Positions 1 to 13,623 of a stretch of 64,000 bases of DNA are shown in pieces (within the stretch, counting starts at the first letter, position 1; every line of letters begins with the position of its first letter). Below the pieces are notes generated by a model. It had not been told where the DNA came from. It was given only the letters and a program-made list of their open reading frames with translations, and did not search any database. The translations under genes and the position numbers were made by a program. The stretch is from Raillietiella orientalis (Eukaryota), in NCBI GenBank assembly GCA_036172245.1, contig JAYWIR010000060.1:558001-622000 (forward strand), given 5' to 3'.

Positions 1-1358
1 GTTCCGACGCTGGAGCGGATGGAGCTTCTGCAGCTCTGGTTCCGGACTGTTGCCCTAGCAATTGCGGAGCACCACCTGGTGCCATCCTGCGCGCCTCCTC
101 GTGGAGCAGGGTCCACAGGTAGCACGGGACTCGCGCCCTTCCTTGCGCGCCATCGCCCTCGCAGCCTCCCATACTGCGGACTGCAGCTCCGGAGGGTGGC
201 CACGCTCTACAAGATTAACATGGGATGGACCTCCTGCCATCCCACACACGGTAGCGCCTAGTTGCGGGTCAACCGTGCGCATGTGGTCAAAGCTCAACGA
301 GTGATTCCCGGTGCAGGCGCAACGTCTGCTGCTGCTCTGTTCCTATAGCAACTGCTCGCTCCAGGAAATCCTGGGATATCACGGGAAGGGAGCATCGGCA
401 GGAAGAACCTCCCTTGCCTCAGCACTGCCCTCTCTGAGGGAACATGTGGATAGAAGATGTCTTGTGGTTAGTTGGGAGGCCAGGAAAAATCCGAAATCTC
501 CTACAGGAATTTTTATTCCTTTTCTTTTATTTATGACTTGGTAAAAGAACGACGGGCCATCCCGAGTAACCCACTCCGAGGACTTTTGCGATGATGCAAA
601 CTACTGGGTATTCCTGAGGAAGACCAGCAGTGGTCCCTGGTGATCTTGGACACCCGCATCCTCCCCTTGAAGTGGCAGGAGTCGGTGCTGCAGTTGCAGC
701 ACTGGGGTCTCTCGTGCGACGTCCGCCGTCATCGCTGGACACGGGTGATGGTGGTGCACCCGAACTGTGGCAAATGTGGAGAGCGCGAATTCCTCCCGTA
801 CTTGCTTGTGGGACTGTGCTGCTCCCCGGTCCCTTCAGGAACGCTTCGCCGCGATCCTGGGAACCCCCAGAGGCAGCCCCAGGGACGCTTTCAAACCATT
901 CCTCGTTTGTGACGCCCTCCGGCCGGCAGCCTCGCCAGCAGCTCTCTGCTGCCTACGTGGGATCGTCGCTGCTTGGAGCGATACGAAAGGAGGACCAATC
1001 GACAGGGATGCCACATCCAGTTCGCCGTTCGCTTCATGAGGATGGCAACGAGATGGCCCTCCTGGAGCACTGCATGAAGCAAGCGCTTGCCGGAATTTTC
1101 CGAAGGATGCGGAAAATTGTCCCCAGCTGGACGTGACCTCTTCCTGCACCTCCACCCCCACCCAGAGTTGATTTATTGATTTTATTTTTACTTCTTTTTG
1201 TTTGTCCTCCTCACCTCTGCTGCCGTGGCGTAACTCGCCGGTCTGCAAACCGTTCACCTGGCAGGCTTCCGTTGCAATGGGCGCTGTTGGTCCAACCACA
1301 ATCTGCTAAAAATGTGTACATTTATTTCAATAAACGACCCGAAGTACCCGGGAGAGAA
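1..1358 (+). mobile_element. E1: decayed 3' end of a Tx1/L1-like non-LTR retrotransposon (ORF2 C-terminus + 3' UTR)
   Basis: Frameshifted pieces LELLQLWFR, LPLKWQES..LHWGL, CGKCGEREFLPYLL, RDALRPAASPAALCCLRGIVAAWS match the ORF2 C-terminus of E8/E13. The 3' UTR has the family hairpin (1239-1252) and AATAAACG..CCCG/CGGG (1329-1352). Confidence 0.9.
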
Positions 1359-3838
1359 GCTGGGATTCGGATTCGCGGGAAGATGCCTTGTTCTGGTCAT
1401 CGGTCAGAGACGACGCTGCGACGCTTCCCGGCTTGCCCTGACACTGAATCTTGGAAAAATCTGGGGGATGAGGGGGCAGGGAGGTGGAACTCACGTGCGC
1501 CGACGTGCGCGGAAAGCGTTCCATCTTCCGCCTTTGGATCCAGGGCGGTAGTCACGTCACGAATCAAACGGGCGCCGTCGCGCCTGCCCTCGTTCGTGAA
1601 GGAACGAAGCATAAAAAAAGGGAAGGAGGGGAGGGGGAATCGGATCCGGGGAACTCTTCTGCGACGCCGTCATCCGAACTCGCTGGAGGCCAGCTGCCGA
1701 CCGGCCACGCAAGCCCGAGGAAGCAGAAGCGCTCTCGGAGCCGACTCACGGACGCCGGCCAACGCCCCCCTCGCCGACCTTCCTTTCCGCAGTTCCGGGC
1801 GCGGTAGATAAGAGCAGACAGAGCATCCTCCGGATCATTGACATGCGAGCTTCCGAAGCAGCACGGAGGAGGGCCTCTTGCCATTTTATGCTGCGGACGT
1901 GAAGAGAGGGGGGGGGGGGGCGAAATTGCGCAACGGCTCCGAGGCGCCACCAGCCGGTCTTCCGGTGAGCCAAAGACATTTCTCGCGAGGGGACTGCAGT
2001 TCATTTCGCCCCGCAGAGGGAAGACCTTCCGAACCGCGGGCAGCCGAGGACGGCATTGGTCCTGTCGCTAAGCGACGGGCACGGAGGAGAGACGCCCGCT
2101 CTCGGTGCCACTTTCCGCGGGAGCCGGCAGAAGGGGGAAGGCACCCGACTGCCCCCAATTTTTCAGCGGCCTGCGGGCAACCCCATAACTGCTGCGCAGG
2201 TCCCGGGGAGCAACCCGCTTCTCGATCGGAGATCGCCGGAAGGATTGTGAGTCTCGGGGATGCGAGAAGTGGATGGGGGGGGGGAGAATTTCCGATCGAC
2301 CACCAACGCGTGCACAGACTGCTCCCTGCTGCTTCCGCTTCTCCACCGCCGGAAGGGACGTTGCACTGGAGCGGCGGGCCCCCGAGAGGGCCCACGGGAC
2401 GTTTATCCCAGCCCGTGCCCAACCCAGGTCAGGAGATTTCCCTTCTTCCCGAGAGCTGCTTGACCCACCATCCCTGCAAGGACTTTCCATCGGAGCGTGC
2501 GAAACTCTCTCCCCCACCTGCTTGCCCACCTGACTGTAGTTCTCCCACGCACTCCCTCCCAGCATGCCTTAGAGCGTCTTTTACTTGCTCGGGAGCTTCC
2601 AGGAGCGGCACGATGCGAGCCGATGACTCCTTCCTGGCTGTCGGCGGTCACCCTCGTCAAGCTGCACCACGCTCTTTTTGCCCTCTGCGGGGCAAAAAGA
2701 GCTGCCCCTTTGGATGGCCAGAAGACGCCTCTGGTTGACCGGAGGGCCGGCTGCCAGGCAGCAGTCGACTGGTAGGCTGAGAAGTTGACGTCCCGCTTCC
2801 GGAAAACTTCAGGACTCTGCCCGGAGGATCAGCCAGTTGCTGTCCCCCGACCCATGCGCGAGCTCGACGAGTGCGCCTCCGACCGCCACCCTCTCACCCA
2901 TTCACCCGGGAGGGCACGCAGTGGTGAGACCCTCGGCCTCCGTCACGCCCCTACGAGCCGGACCGCCTTCCAGAGTCCCTCGCGTCCCCCTCATCGCTTC
3001 GGCCACGCCGGGGTTTCCACGGGCCTTGGATCGGCTGCTGAAGCAGCGGCGTCACCTATGACAACAATTCCAAGAAGTCCGGACGCCGCGAGAGGTTGGC
3101 CCGTTCCTCGGCCCTCCCGTCGCGGCACGGCCCTTCTCTGGAGAGGGAACGGCCTTGAGGAAGAGCAGCTCTCGCGCGTGCGTTCTGTCCTCAAGAGCGG
3201 GAATTTCCCCATTCGCCCTTGCGGGAGAAGGGGGAGAGCGGAGCAGGATTTTCGCCGCTCCCCGGGTGAGCTTCGCGTCGAGGTGCGAGGGCAGCGGACC
3301 GGTACGTGGCACACAAGTAGCCGGTCGCCGGAGGGAGGCGTCCGCTCCGATGGCCCCGCGACGCACTCACGCCAATCCGCGGTCCACCCCAAGCGGGCGA
3401 GGCCAAGGATGGGAGCGCCTGAGGGATTCCAGTGGTGGTCCGGGCAAGCGCCCCCCGGAGCGATGGCGAAGAAGAATGGCGGCGGGGAAGGGTAGCGTTT
3501 CTTTGAGGGAGGGCGTCGGCGAAGCTGGCGCAGTGGAAGGGATTGTGACCCGGAGGGGCGGGGCGCAGGGCTCCGAGCTCATTAGGAATGGGGTCGACAA
3601 CGCAAAGAGGAAACGCCCTTCTAGCCTAGAGTTCCGGGGTCTGTGCGACGGAATGGGGGGGGGGAATACAATAAAACAAAAGAAGAGGGAAAGAGGAGGA
3701 GTGCGGTCTACTTCAGGCTCCGATAACGGGAAGATGGACCAGTCGGGATCATCGTCCGAGTTGCCTTTTTGTCCCCGGAGGAACGCGCTGGCACGCCGCC
3801 TGATCTGATTGGCTGTTGAGTTTGCGACCCTGCCGCCA

Positions 3839-4306
3839 CTCCAGGGTCCGACCGTTGGAAAGATCCCTGCCGGCAGGCGTTGGGAAGGATCGTCTCCACG
3901 CGGGATCGGGAGCTGTCCTCCAGCCACCCAACCCTAGGGGATGCGGAGAGGAATGCAGCCTGCTGGAGCCACCGGCTTGTGCTCAGAGGTAAGAAGGGGC
4001 GCGCGCCGAGGTCACAACAGTCCTTCCTTGGTTCGCGCTGCCACGGAGACCCCCCGACTCTGCGGGTCCGCGAGGTGGCGCCCATCCTCGTGGAGCGGTC
4101 GCCGCCAAGAGCTCGCCCACGGACCGCGTAGGACAGACAGGTGGACTCTTCGCGCGACGCCGGAAGGGGGCGGGAAGGGGGAGCTTCCTGCAAAGGGCCG
4201 CTCCCTGGTGCTGCGCCCGCCGCCCCGAGGAGCGCCCTCGGCAGCTTTGACCGAAGATCACAGCTTTCGAGAGAAGAACGCCAGCCCTCCGAGACGGCTG
4301 CGCCCT
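3839..4306. repeat. Direct duplication, copy 1 (copy 2 at 13624-14090)
   Basis: About 470 bp near-identical, e.g. GGCAGGCGTTGGGAAG..CGCGGGATCGGGAGCTGTCCTCCAGCCACCCAACCCTAGGGG in both; ORF translations 3880..4131 and 13665..13916 almost identical. Confidence 0.9.
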
Positions 4307-7300
4307 CCGTCATCCACGTCGGCTGCCGCCTTGACCGGTGGTGTCCTAAGCGAGGACAGTGGAAGAGCGGACGCGATTGGCGTCTTCCGGTGGGGAACCC
4401 GGAGGCGTTTTCGGGATACGTACGGATGCTGTCGTTCGCCGCGCTGCCTCGGTGAGAAGGTCTCGCCGCGCGGAAAAATGGCGATCAGATGACCCGAGGA
4501 AGTAGAGCGGAGCGCCCACCGAAGATGCGCGTGGTCCGACGGATGGCGGTGGCGTTCCTCCGCGACGGTCACTTCCCAGCGGGTGCTCTCGGGAGGCCCT
4601 GAAGTGTCCTCTCGCGAAAGGGTCGGACGACGGCAGCTGGCCAACCCTCCTGGCAACGTCCTGAAGCTTTCCAGTGGACGGCCATGAGGCTCCCAGGTGA
4701 CCCCTCCGTTACGATGGGGTTTTTCAAGTCTCCCAACAGGAGAAGGATGGGCATTCTGGGGTCGTTATTCAGGCAATCTGGAGTTCCAGAGGAATGGTGG
4801 ATCTGCCCGACTGCCATGAGGGAGGGATGCTGTTTGGTCACCTGCCATGCTGAGGTCCATTCTTCCTCTCCCTCGGGAGGAGGGAGGCCTAGCAGGAGGG
4901 CACCAGCAACCTCGGGTATCCGAAGGTCAGTCCTACGCCTAGCACGTCTTCGCAGTTCGGGATCGACGGTCGCGGAGCATCCCTTGGACGCTCCGTGCTT
5001 TCAAGCCTTGCTCTCGTCGCGCATGAGTAGGACCGCCTCGCGGTCGGATCCATCGGCCACGCCTCCTTCCCACAGAGTGCGTGGCTGGCCGATTGGAGAT
5101 GCAGGGCAGGAGGGCAAAAAGGTTCCCGGGTCTGACGGGCACACGGGAAGGCTTCCATGGCTTCGAGGCGCTCGAGACTTCTCCCGGTACTCGTTTCCTT
5201 GCAGACCGCTGCATGAGGGCGTCGCTTCCGCGTTGCGCCGTCGCCTGCCGTGCCTGCCGCCGCGCTGTGAGGTAAGGAAACGCCTCGCCCGCTCGTCACG
5301 CGGGAGGGGTCGCCACGGGCCACCGCTCTCGCGGTCCCTTCTTCAGGCGCGATTGTCAGGCATCCGTGTTCGCCTTCACCGTTCGTGCCGTTCGGAACAC
5401 CCTCGCGTGGTCCAGGAAGTGACGGCGTCAAGTCTTCCGGGACAGCCCCAAGATGCAGATCGCAGGGAGGCTGGGAAAGGCGATTCGCGACAAGTGCGGT
5501 TGCCGGAGGCGGCGCACCAGCGTGCTCTCGCGCCACTCCGCGGGAAGGGTGACGGACAGTGGTGGAGCTGATTGGAAGGCGGACGCATGGACGCGGAGGT
5601 GTCTCCATCAAGGGTCTCTGGGTGGCGTGGCGATGCTGACTCTACTTGCCGGCGCCTGATCAGTTCCACCGCATAGCGGGTGTGGCGAAGTCACCGCACT
5701 GAGTGCCACCTCGGGGCGTCTTATAAGGGTCATGGTCATGCCGCCAGTCGCCCTTGAGGGGTCACCCAAGTGACTGTGCCTGGTGCTGACTCATCTCCTG
5801 AGACATCCTCTTCCCTGCGGACAAACTGCCGGCGTGAAGGAACGAAATGAGTCGGTTTGAACTTTGACCTGATACTTGCAAAAGATGAGGAGCATCGAGG
5901 GTTTCAAGAAAGTGAGGATGTGGTGGGAGGGAGGGTGGAAAGTCAGGGAACACTCGTATCGCGTGCAGAGGCGAGCGAATGTCCTAGTAGAGTCCCCGAG
6001 CAGGACGGGAAGGACAAAGACTATTCTAGAATTCTGCTCCCGCCCTCGTGATTTCTGCAAGCCCCTCGAAGAGTCAGAGGCCGCAGGTGGTGGCTGAAGT
6101 CTCCCTCAAGAACACCAGCTACCAGCCTGGATTCAAGATGGAAGATCGCTTATCCCGGGAGCAGCGGAACACCCAGACTCCAAACGTGCATGATCGGCCA
6201 ATTCTGGGAAGCCCAGGAAGCCCAGAGGGATCTGCTGTGGACAATGGCGCTGTAGCTTCCGGAACGAGACAGACGTCCCGAAGAGGAGGAAGTCCTTCTG
6301 GTGCCACGTGCTGCTCAGCATCCAGCTGCAACTCTCTGGAGATCTTGGAACGCAGGGCGAGGGGCCCTACCAGGGGTTCTCTGAAAGGCGCTTCTTACAC
6401 TATGGAGAGGTATCATCCAGCCCCATGGGACACCATAAAGGGTCCATCCTTTTCACAAACGGAGGGGATCTCCGAAGGGTCAAATTCCAGTCCCGACCAG
6501 TCAACTTGGGCATCCGGCTTCCACTAGCGCCATCCTGAGGGGGAACTCGAAACTTACGACTCATTCCCGTTCTCGGCGTCGGTTCTTCTCCGGGCGGGAT
6601 CCGAACCCTCGACGTCCGGTGCCGCGCGAGCGGTGTCCGCAGCCTCACGGCTTCCAATTAAAGGTCCTTCAGCAGCGTTGTAGTGACCGAGATCGGAAGA
6701 ATTGTAGCCAACAGCCAAGCTGCCGGGTCTATCTTGCGTCCTGCTACTCGGGGATCAACACGTCTCCTAGCAACAAATCACCTCCCCTGCTGCACCTCCT
6801 GTTTGCCCACTTCCGGCCAGCGTAAGAAAATCTCCGAGGACCGGGTCGACGGGAATCTGTTCTACAACATCTCCAGAGGCAAACGCCGGCGATGTTCGAC
6901 GCATTTTCCGGTGGACGGGAAGCTGCCAGATGCCAGCGCCAGCGGCGAATGGCAGATACGCAGCAGTTCATCTTGTTGCCTGCCAGTATTGGAGCCTCGC
7001 CAGCTTGGATGAGGTAGCATCCTGGACCAGCGAAGACCTCGACCGATATCCAGTGCCGCATCTGGAAAGGGTAAACCGAAAGTGTCCCAACAACATTCCG
7101 AAGCTGAGTCTTCGAGGAACGGGAATCCGGAGACATCTTGGAGAATTCGCCTCCGTTCTAGACGCATCCGCGTTGCTTCCCGTCCCGGGCGTGCTCTGTG
7201 CTGCCACATGCGAGGCTGCCGAGTTTCCTTCCAGCTCACCTCTCCCTCCGAATGTTCTTGTCTTTTCTATGGTCCAGCGCCGGCGCTCGTCGATGGCTTG

Positions 7301-7359
7301 CTTGCAGGCCTCATCATCGACCCGGGCACGTAGCTCGAGTTGTAGCTACGTGTGGGAGT

Positions 7360-8140
7360 CGCTTGTCGTAAACACCAGGCGTCCACGAAGATCCAACGAA
7401 GAGTCCCTGAAGGAGATGTCGCAGGATGCCACCGATTCCTGCCGCATGCAGGGAGAACGAACTGGACCGTCGTTCGGATTCTGGAACAATCTTCACCAGT
7501 TCATCTTCACCGCCAGGCGCCGTCCTCCTGCCAAGTGCGGTCCACTTTCGAGCGTGAGAGGACAACGAGTGGACAGCGTGGTTCTCGCGTAAAAGGACAC
7601 AATGACTCGCTGAAGCTTCAAGTGGGATTCGGGAAGGATAGTCGTAAGGAAAAAATTTGGTGGTAGGGAAAGAAGGCTTCCTCTTCAGTAAGCGTACGTT
7701 GGCGTATTCGTTGCTACAAGCAGCCGACAACAGTCGCAGAAGCAACTTTTGGCAGCAGCACGTCCGCCACCACCACCCCTTCCATCGAAAGAAGGCACTC
7801 CAATCGCTGTTAGAGGAGCATCTTGATCGGGGAAAGACCACGTGCTTCCTGGGATTGCACTAAGGTCTCCGGCCACTTTCCCGGAGGCAAGGGGGCGCCT
7901 GCGTTTTGAGAATCACAAGTTCACCCATGCCTCGCGTCTCCCATCTCTTGGCTCATCCGAGCACCATCTTGGAAACGAATAAGATCGATTGACAACGAAT
8001 GAGTCCGTGCCGGAAATGATGAGCAGCTCTGGGACGTCATTCGGGATGCTTGGCGGGCAGCACTCTCCTCTACGCAGCAGGAGGCACGGCGCTCTGATTG
8101 ACCACATCGAGAAGGCGTGAATGAAATATCGGAGATCCTG
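7360..8140 (+). pseudogene. Possible heavily decayed Tc1/mariner-type DDE transposase
   Basis: Colinear degenerate pieces across frames: NWT/FWNN..IFT (about 7450-7510), NFWQQ...PFHRKKALQSLLEEH (about 7740-7820), SP.L..SEH (about 7935-7965) and EQLWDVIRDAW (about 8020-8055). They resemble Tc1 W..VIFTDE, FQQDNAPxH, SPDLNPIE and LW...W motifs. Confidence 0.3.
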
Positions 8141-8241
8141 CGCCCAACAGCCAGGATATACACGGCGTGAAGCGGCTCTCGCGACCTGACCTCGTTCTGG
8201 AAAAAGGGAACCAGGTCGGCATACCTGATGCGTGCCGTCGG

Positions 8242-8668
8242 CTGGGAAGCTCAGCGTCAGCGTCTAAAAGGGAATTCGGGAAGAGAAAGGAAGCTCACGC
8301 GCTCTCCATCTCGCGCCGCCACCACCGGCGCCACCGGAGCCCCGGGACACCAAGAACCACCACCCTCTGCAAGGGAGGGCGATCCCGGTTGCAGCCGACG
8401 GTCTCCTGCAAGATGGTGGCGTCGTCTGTCCAGCACGCCGCGCAACTGCGACGTCCTCTGGACGCGCTCCGGTGGCCACACCCTGCGAGCGGCCGAGCGG
8501 TGGTCCGCACGGTCGCATCGCCGGGAGCAGACAGCCGCCGCCGACTCTTCCGACGAGACACGCCGAAAGTCAAGCAGGCAAGAAAGGATCACCGGTGGCA
8601 AAGGGAAAGCCGCGGGTTCGCATCCGGGAGCCGACACCCGCCGGTCGACGCCCCTTATCGCAGCTGGG
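8242..8668 (+). repeat. Inverted duplication, copy 1 (copy 2 at 11558-11987, opposite strand)
   Basis: ORFs 8167..8856(+) and 11478..12074(-) share SKREFGKRKEAHALSISRRHHRRHRSPG...; DNA is near-identical in inverted orientation. Confidence 0.9.
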
Positions 8669-10445
8669 ACCGTCCTCACTTGCGACCACGCATCAGGGAG
8701 CAGCCATCCAGCGGCGACGACAGAACTGGACAGGGTCATGAAAGTCGACGGAAGCTGTGGAAAACCCATCCTTCTCATTTGTCAGTGGATCACGGCCGCG
8801 ACAGAACAACGGTGGTGGTAGTGTGGCTTGATCGAGGTGCCTGCGTTTGGTGGTGATAAAAAACTGCTGCAGATGATACCGGAAGAGGCCTCCTCCCCCT
8901 CAACTGCTCCGAAATGCTCCGTGGCTGGACCAACGAAGAGGCAATTCTCACTGTTGTGCCGTCTGCTGCTGCTCTCTGGGCTTCTTCATAAGAGACAGCG
9001 TGCTGACGCCTTGACAGATAGCCATGGCAAGAAGGAACGAAGCGTGAAGCAGCAGTTGGAAGGTGCGCCTCGCATTCCTTTGAATCGTTCTCCCCTGGAG
9101 CTTCTGATTTTTTGGGATGTGGTTGCGTAGCTGCCCAACCAATCCATTCTTTTCGCGCCCATTCACCCTGCCTCGCAAGGTGCCCTGTGCTTCTTCCACT
9201 TCCTTCCATCCTTAGCTGCGAGGTGGCTCACGACATGCAGTTCCGATTCTGGTCCACAGTGATTGCGAAACCGCACCCGTCTCCAGGAAACGGGCGTTCG
9301 AACGCGGGCACACTGGAAAGTCTTGTGAGCGAGGGGGGCCAGCGTGCGCAGTTTCGAGTTACGCGTTCAGCGGTGACCTTGCTACGAGCAAAGATCAGTC
9401 AGGAGAAGCTCTGCTCTTGTGATCAGCAGCTGCGCTGGCGACGTTCTTCTAGGCGAACGAACAGTGGACCGTGGCCGGAGAAAAGCGGAATTTCTTCGAT
9501 TGAGGATGAGAGGTTTCGCGGCTACGCATGCGCCGGCCGCCAGAAGGCTGCGCATCCTTGGAGTTGCGTGCTGGTCTGAAGGACACCAGCGTCTCCTCGG
9601 TGCCAGCCTCATCGAAGCTTGAAAGTGCTTTGTCGGGAGGTGCCATGCATCGCCTTCTCTCCATCAGAAAGACCTCTTGTCCTTTTCGCTTTCTCTTTCT
9701 TCCTCTGAGGGCCGCGTTCCACATTCCTCCAATTGTGATGGAGCCGTCTGGCTGCTCACGACTCTTCTGAGGCTTCCAGGAGTCACTCAGGTGTCCCACG
9801 TGTGCAAAGCCCACGAAGTTTTGCAGCCTCAGGACCAGCTCGCGCTTCTGAAGACAGGTGGCTGATTCTCACCTCCATTCTGTGCGCTCCGCGAAGCTGC
9901 AATCATGCAAGTGGGAATCCTGCGGGACGCCCATTTCTCCCGTGTCCTGTCGCCGCCTGCAGGAACGCTTGGGAACTCGGAGCATGGAGCGCGCCCGCCC
10001 ATCACCGATGTTGTATGAGCTGCGGAAAGCTCTTGCAGGGACCACAGGGAACGCAACGCCGCATTCGAGGGTGTACTGTGAGGCCGTTTCCACCTTAACA
10101 TGGAAGAGGCCACCGTGGGAAAAGCCCCGAACACAGGAAGGGGTCGTTCCTTTTCCAAACGTGGGTCGTTCAACGTAAAGAGTCCTGGAGCCTTTTCCCC
10201 ACTAGTGAGAAGAGAACGCGCAGAAGTTGGCTGCGCTTCTACAAGGCCCATTTTCCCCGTGTCTTGTTGACCCACGTTCGATGGAAGTGGTGCCGTGGAT
10301 GGCCTTTCGCTGTCTGTCGTCTGCTGAGGTCTCGCGCTGCTTTGGGTACGCCACGCTTTCCTCTCTTTCCGCGTGCAATTTCTGGGTCGTCGGCGAAGGA
10401 CCTGCCCCAAAATCCCGAAAGGTCATGGAAAATGCACACTTGTCC

Positions 10446-11002
10446 CTATTCTACATAGCTGAATATTCAGATCCACTCCAATAGGCCACGGTTACTCATA
10501 TTTGTTGACATGCATGGCATTAACAGAATGGAACAGACTCATTTATTAACATTCAGTGACATGCATTTTATTACTAAAATTAATAAATTGTTGATCATAT
10601 TGTTGATATATACACCAAAAATTATAAAAAAATAAGTATGTATACCTATTACATATATTCGTATGCATGTTTATGTAAAGATTAATGTACATCATGACGA
10701 TTAAGGAAAATAAATATATTTGTTCATTATATGCGTTGATATATATATATTAATACGCACATATATTTATGTTTATAAGTATTGATGCATACATTAAGCA
10801 TGCATATTTAATTTTTGGAATCTTTAATGTGCATACCAATAATAAAATCAACAACTCATTCATCGTATTAATAAAATGCATACCAATAAATCTTAATAGA
10901 TGTATCTGCTCCAATAGTATTACTGTTACTAGAATGTACGTCAATACATATGAATGACTATGTATATTGAAATACATTTGTATATTAATCTATGTAGAAT
11001 AG
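10446..11002. mobile_element. AT-rich foldback / MITE-like element (whole element is an imperfect palindrome)
   Basis: Perfect 13-bp terminal inverted repeat CTATTCTACATAG (10446-10458) / CTATGTAGAATAG (10990-11002). Arms align internally (e.g. ATGCATTTTATTA in both arms), with the centre at an (AT)n run near 10740-10750. Flanks CACTTGTCC / CCCTTGTGT match 6/9. Confidence 0.75.
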
Positions 11003-11557
11003 CCCTTGTGTTTATTTTCTGCGGTCTTTCTGGATTTTGATCCGAGCAGTAGGCGGCAGCAGAGGTACAGACGCTCCCCTCTTCCGCTGAATAAAGGAAC
11101 TAATCCGCTTTTCCCTGACGACCTTGTTCGGTTGCCCACCTTCCATCGTTGTCGTGACAACCGCCACGGATAGGTAGCGGTAGACACCCTACGGAAAAGA
11201 GAGCGGAGCTTCAGTAGCTGCTCCTGTAGTCTCAGTTCCATCGCACGGGATGGGAAGAACGTTCGTACCTGGCACACGTTGTCGTCGTTTCCATTCTCCC
11301 ATCCCTTTCGTTTAGTTTGAGCCAAAGAAAAAAGCGACCTCTCCTGTCCGTGGGGACGCTCGCCTGTGGAAGGGGGGGGGGGACAATTTGCTGCCGCCTG
11401 CCGAGGAACTTTTGATAAGCCGCCTTATCAAGAATCTTCGATAAGCCTCAAGCTGAGACGTGCCTGGATGACAGGAATCACAGCTGCGGCACAGACGCCT
11501 TCCACAGCATACTCGAGGGACCGATCAGCTCTGAGATTTCATAAAGTGCGAGGGCGG

Positions 11558-11987
11558 CCCCAGCTGCGATAAGGGGCGTCGACCGGCGGGTGTCGGCTCC
11601 CGGATGCGAACCCGCGGCTTTCCCTTTGCCACCGGTGATCCTTTCTTGCCGGCTTGACTTTCGGCGTGGCTCTCGTCGAAAGAGTCGGCGGCGGCTGTCT
11701 GCTCCCGGCGATGCGACCGTGCGGACCACCGCTCGGCCGCTCGTAGGGTGTGGCCACCGGAGCGCGTCCAGAGGACGTCGCAGGTGCGCGGCGTGCTGGA
11801 CAGACGACGCCACCATCTTGCAGGAGACCGTCGGCTGCAACCGGGATCGCCCTCCCTTGCAGAGGGTGGTGGTTCTTGGTGTCCCGGGGCTCCGGTGGCG
11901 CCGGTGGTGGCGGCGCGAGATGGAGAGCGCGTGAGCTTCCTTTCTCTTCCCGAATTCCCTTTTAGACACTGCCGTTGCACTTCCCAG
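11558..11987 (-). repeat. Inverted duplication, copy 2 (of 8242-8668)
   Basis: Reverse complement matches 8242-8668 with few differences. Confidence 0.9.
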
Positions 11988-13623
11988 TGGGCATATCGCT
12001 CGTCCCCGCTTTCCCCACTCAGCCTGCTGGAGCAGCGTAGAAAAGCCTTCGGGTGAGAAAGGGTCGAGTTGCAATCATCCCCGCACTCATCTCGGTAGTG
12101 CCGTTTCCAGGGCAACTGACTCCTGACTCTCTGTCCCTTTGGGAGTTGCTGCTTGCGCAACAGTATTCCGTCTAGAGGCCTGCACCTGCTGAGCCGTGGC
12201 CGATCCCGTCGCAGCCACCAATCGGCGCTACCCGGACACTTCCCCAACGACGCTTCCTTGAACCATCTTTCTCTTCGGGAGGACTTGGATCCACCTCCAT
12301 TATGGCCTGCCCGTCCTATTCTCCCGGTGTGCCCCGCCTCAGGAGAGGCGTGGGGCTTCCCAGCTTCGGGTTTGGAAACTCCGATCGCTCCCGTGCGCGC
12401 GAGGCGCAAGAGGAGGGAACAGGGAGACGCTGCGCGCGCCCTTCCTTCCGGTCACCCTGCCGCTCATTCCAGGGGCCGGCCCCCTGTTCCTCCTCCCTGG
12501 AGCCCATAACCTGCCCTTTGCGACACGCTGCCAGTCCCCCCGGCAGGTGCCGTACACCTTTCGACGGAGGTCTCGCCCGAGGGAGGGTTCGACCCTTCGC
12601 CTCCCCCCCTGGGGTGAATCCAATCCGTTGGGGTTCCCCACACTCGGAGTTTCCTTCCAACGCGCATGAGGGACGTTTCGTGCCCCTCGGAGCCAGAACG
12701 CTTCCTTCTGAGCAGCCGTCCACTTCTGGGTGTGGTTTCCCAGTCATCATCACCCCCAAATCCACTGCAAAGGGAGCGGGACGGACCCTGGAAGTTTTCC
12801 AGCGCTGGGAAAAGACTGCAGGCGTCTAGGAATTGGTCTGGCAGGGGTCCGGAGGTTCGTCCCTGGCCTCGAGGTGACCGCTATGTTCTCATGTAACGGG
12901 GAGTGGGCTTGTGCGTCCCTTGCTCCTGATCGGAACCGGGGTGGCTCTCTGTCCTGCCTGCCGAGTCCTGGGGAGCTCCTAAAGACGGTAAAAGGGAAAA
13001 TGCCCTAGGGTGCCGGGCACCTCCGAGAGATTCCCCGCAGATCCGGGAGAGTTCCGGGATCCTCCTTGAACATCCAAGGTGCGGGAGGGACCGGGCTGGT
13101 GTTCCGTCGGTCTATGACCTCCCTCGACTCAGTGGTGGCACGAGCAACCTCTCTGCATCGTGTGCGAGAGGGTGGCAAAGCTCCTCGGATGCTGCATCTC
13201 CCCGCCGCCCTCTCGCCCATCATCCGAACGGCGTCCAAAAATCCTCCGTAACTCAGCTTCCAGCTCGTCCGGAGCCTTCACAGATCTCCAGCGAGTGCGT
13301 TCCCTCGCCCCTGAGGGTAAGGAAGGGGAAAAAGAGAGAGAGGCTGCCAGCTCCAGACTTCTTTTTCGGGTTGACTTCCGTGAGGGCGTGGGGGTTGAGC
13401 GTGGTACCAGTCCATTCCTTCGGCATGCCCCTGACCTCGTCCGAGCTCTTCCGCTGCCACCCACCGGAGTCTCCATGGATTTGGAGCAAGCCGGGTCCGG
13501 ATATAGGAGGGTGGATGGGTGGTGGAAAGGTGGACGAGAGGTCTCTTACCGCCATCGAAATGCCCGGACCCGTTCTCATCCACGTGGTGGGTTCGTGGGG
13601 GTGATCGAGGGGGGGACACCTCC

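Noticed and set aside
9800..10300. Faint Tc1-like motifs on the minus strand (RPTFGKG..GFSHGG..VKVE..QY)
   Set aside because: Too degenerate to call without an HMM search.
10750..10977. Hydrophobic AT-rich ORFs suggesting an organellar insert
   Set aside because: They lie in one arm of the palindrome and resemble no organellar protein I recognise.
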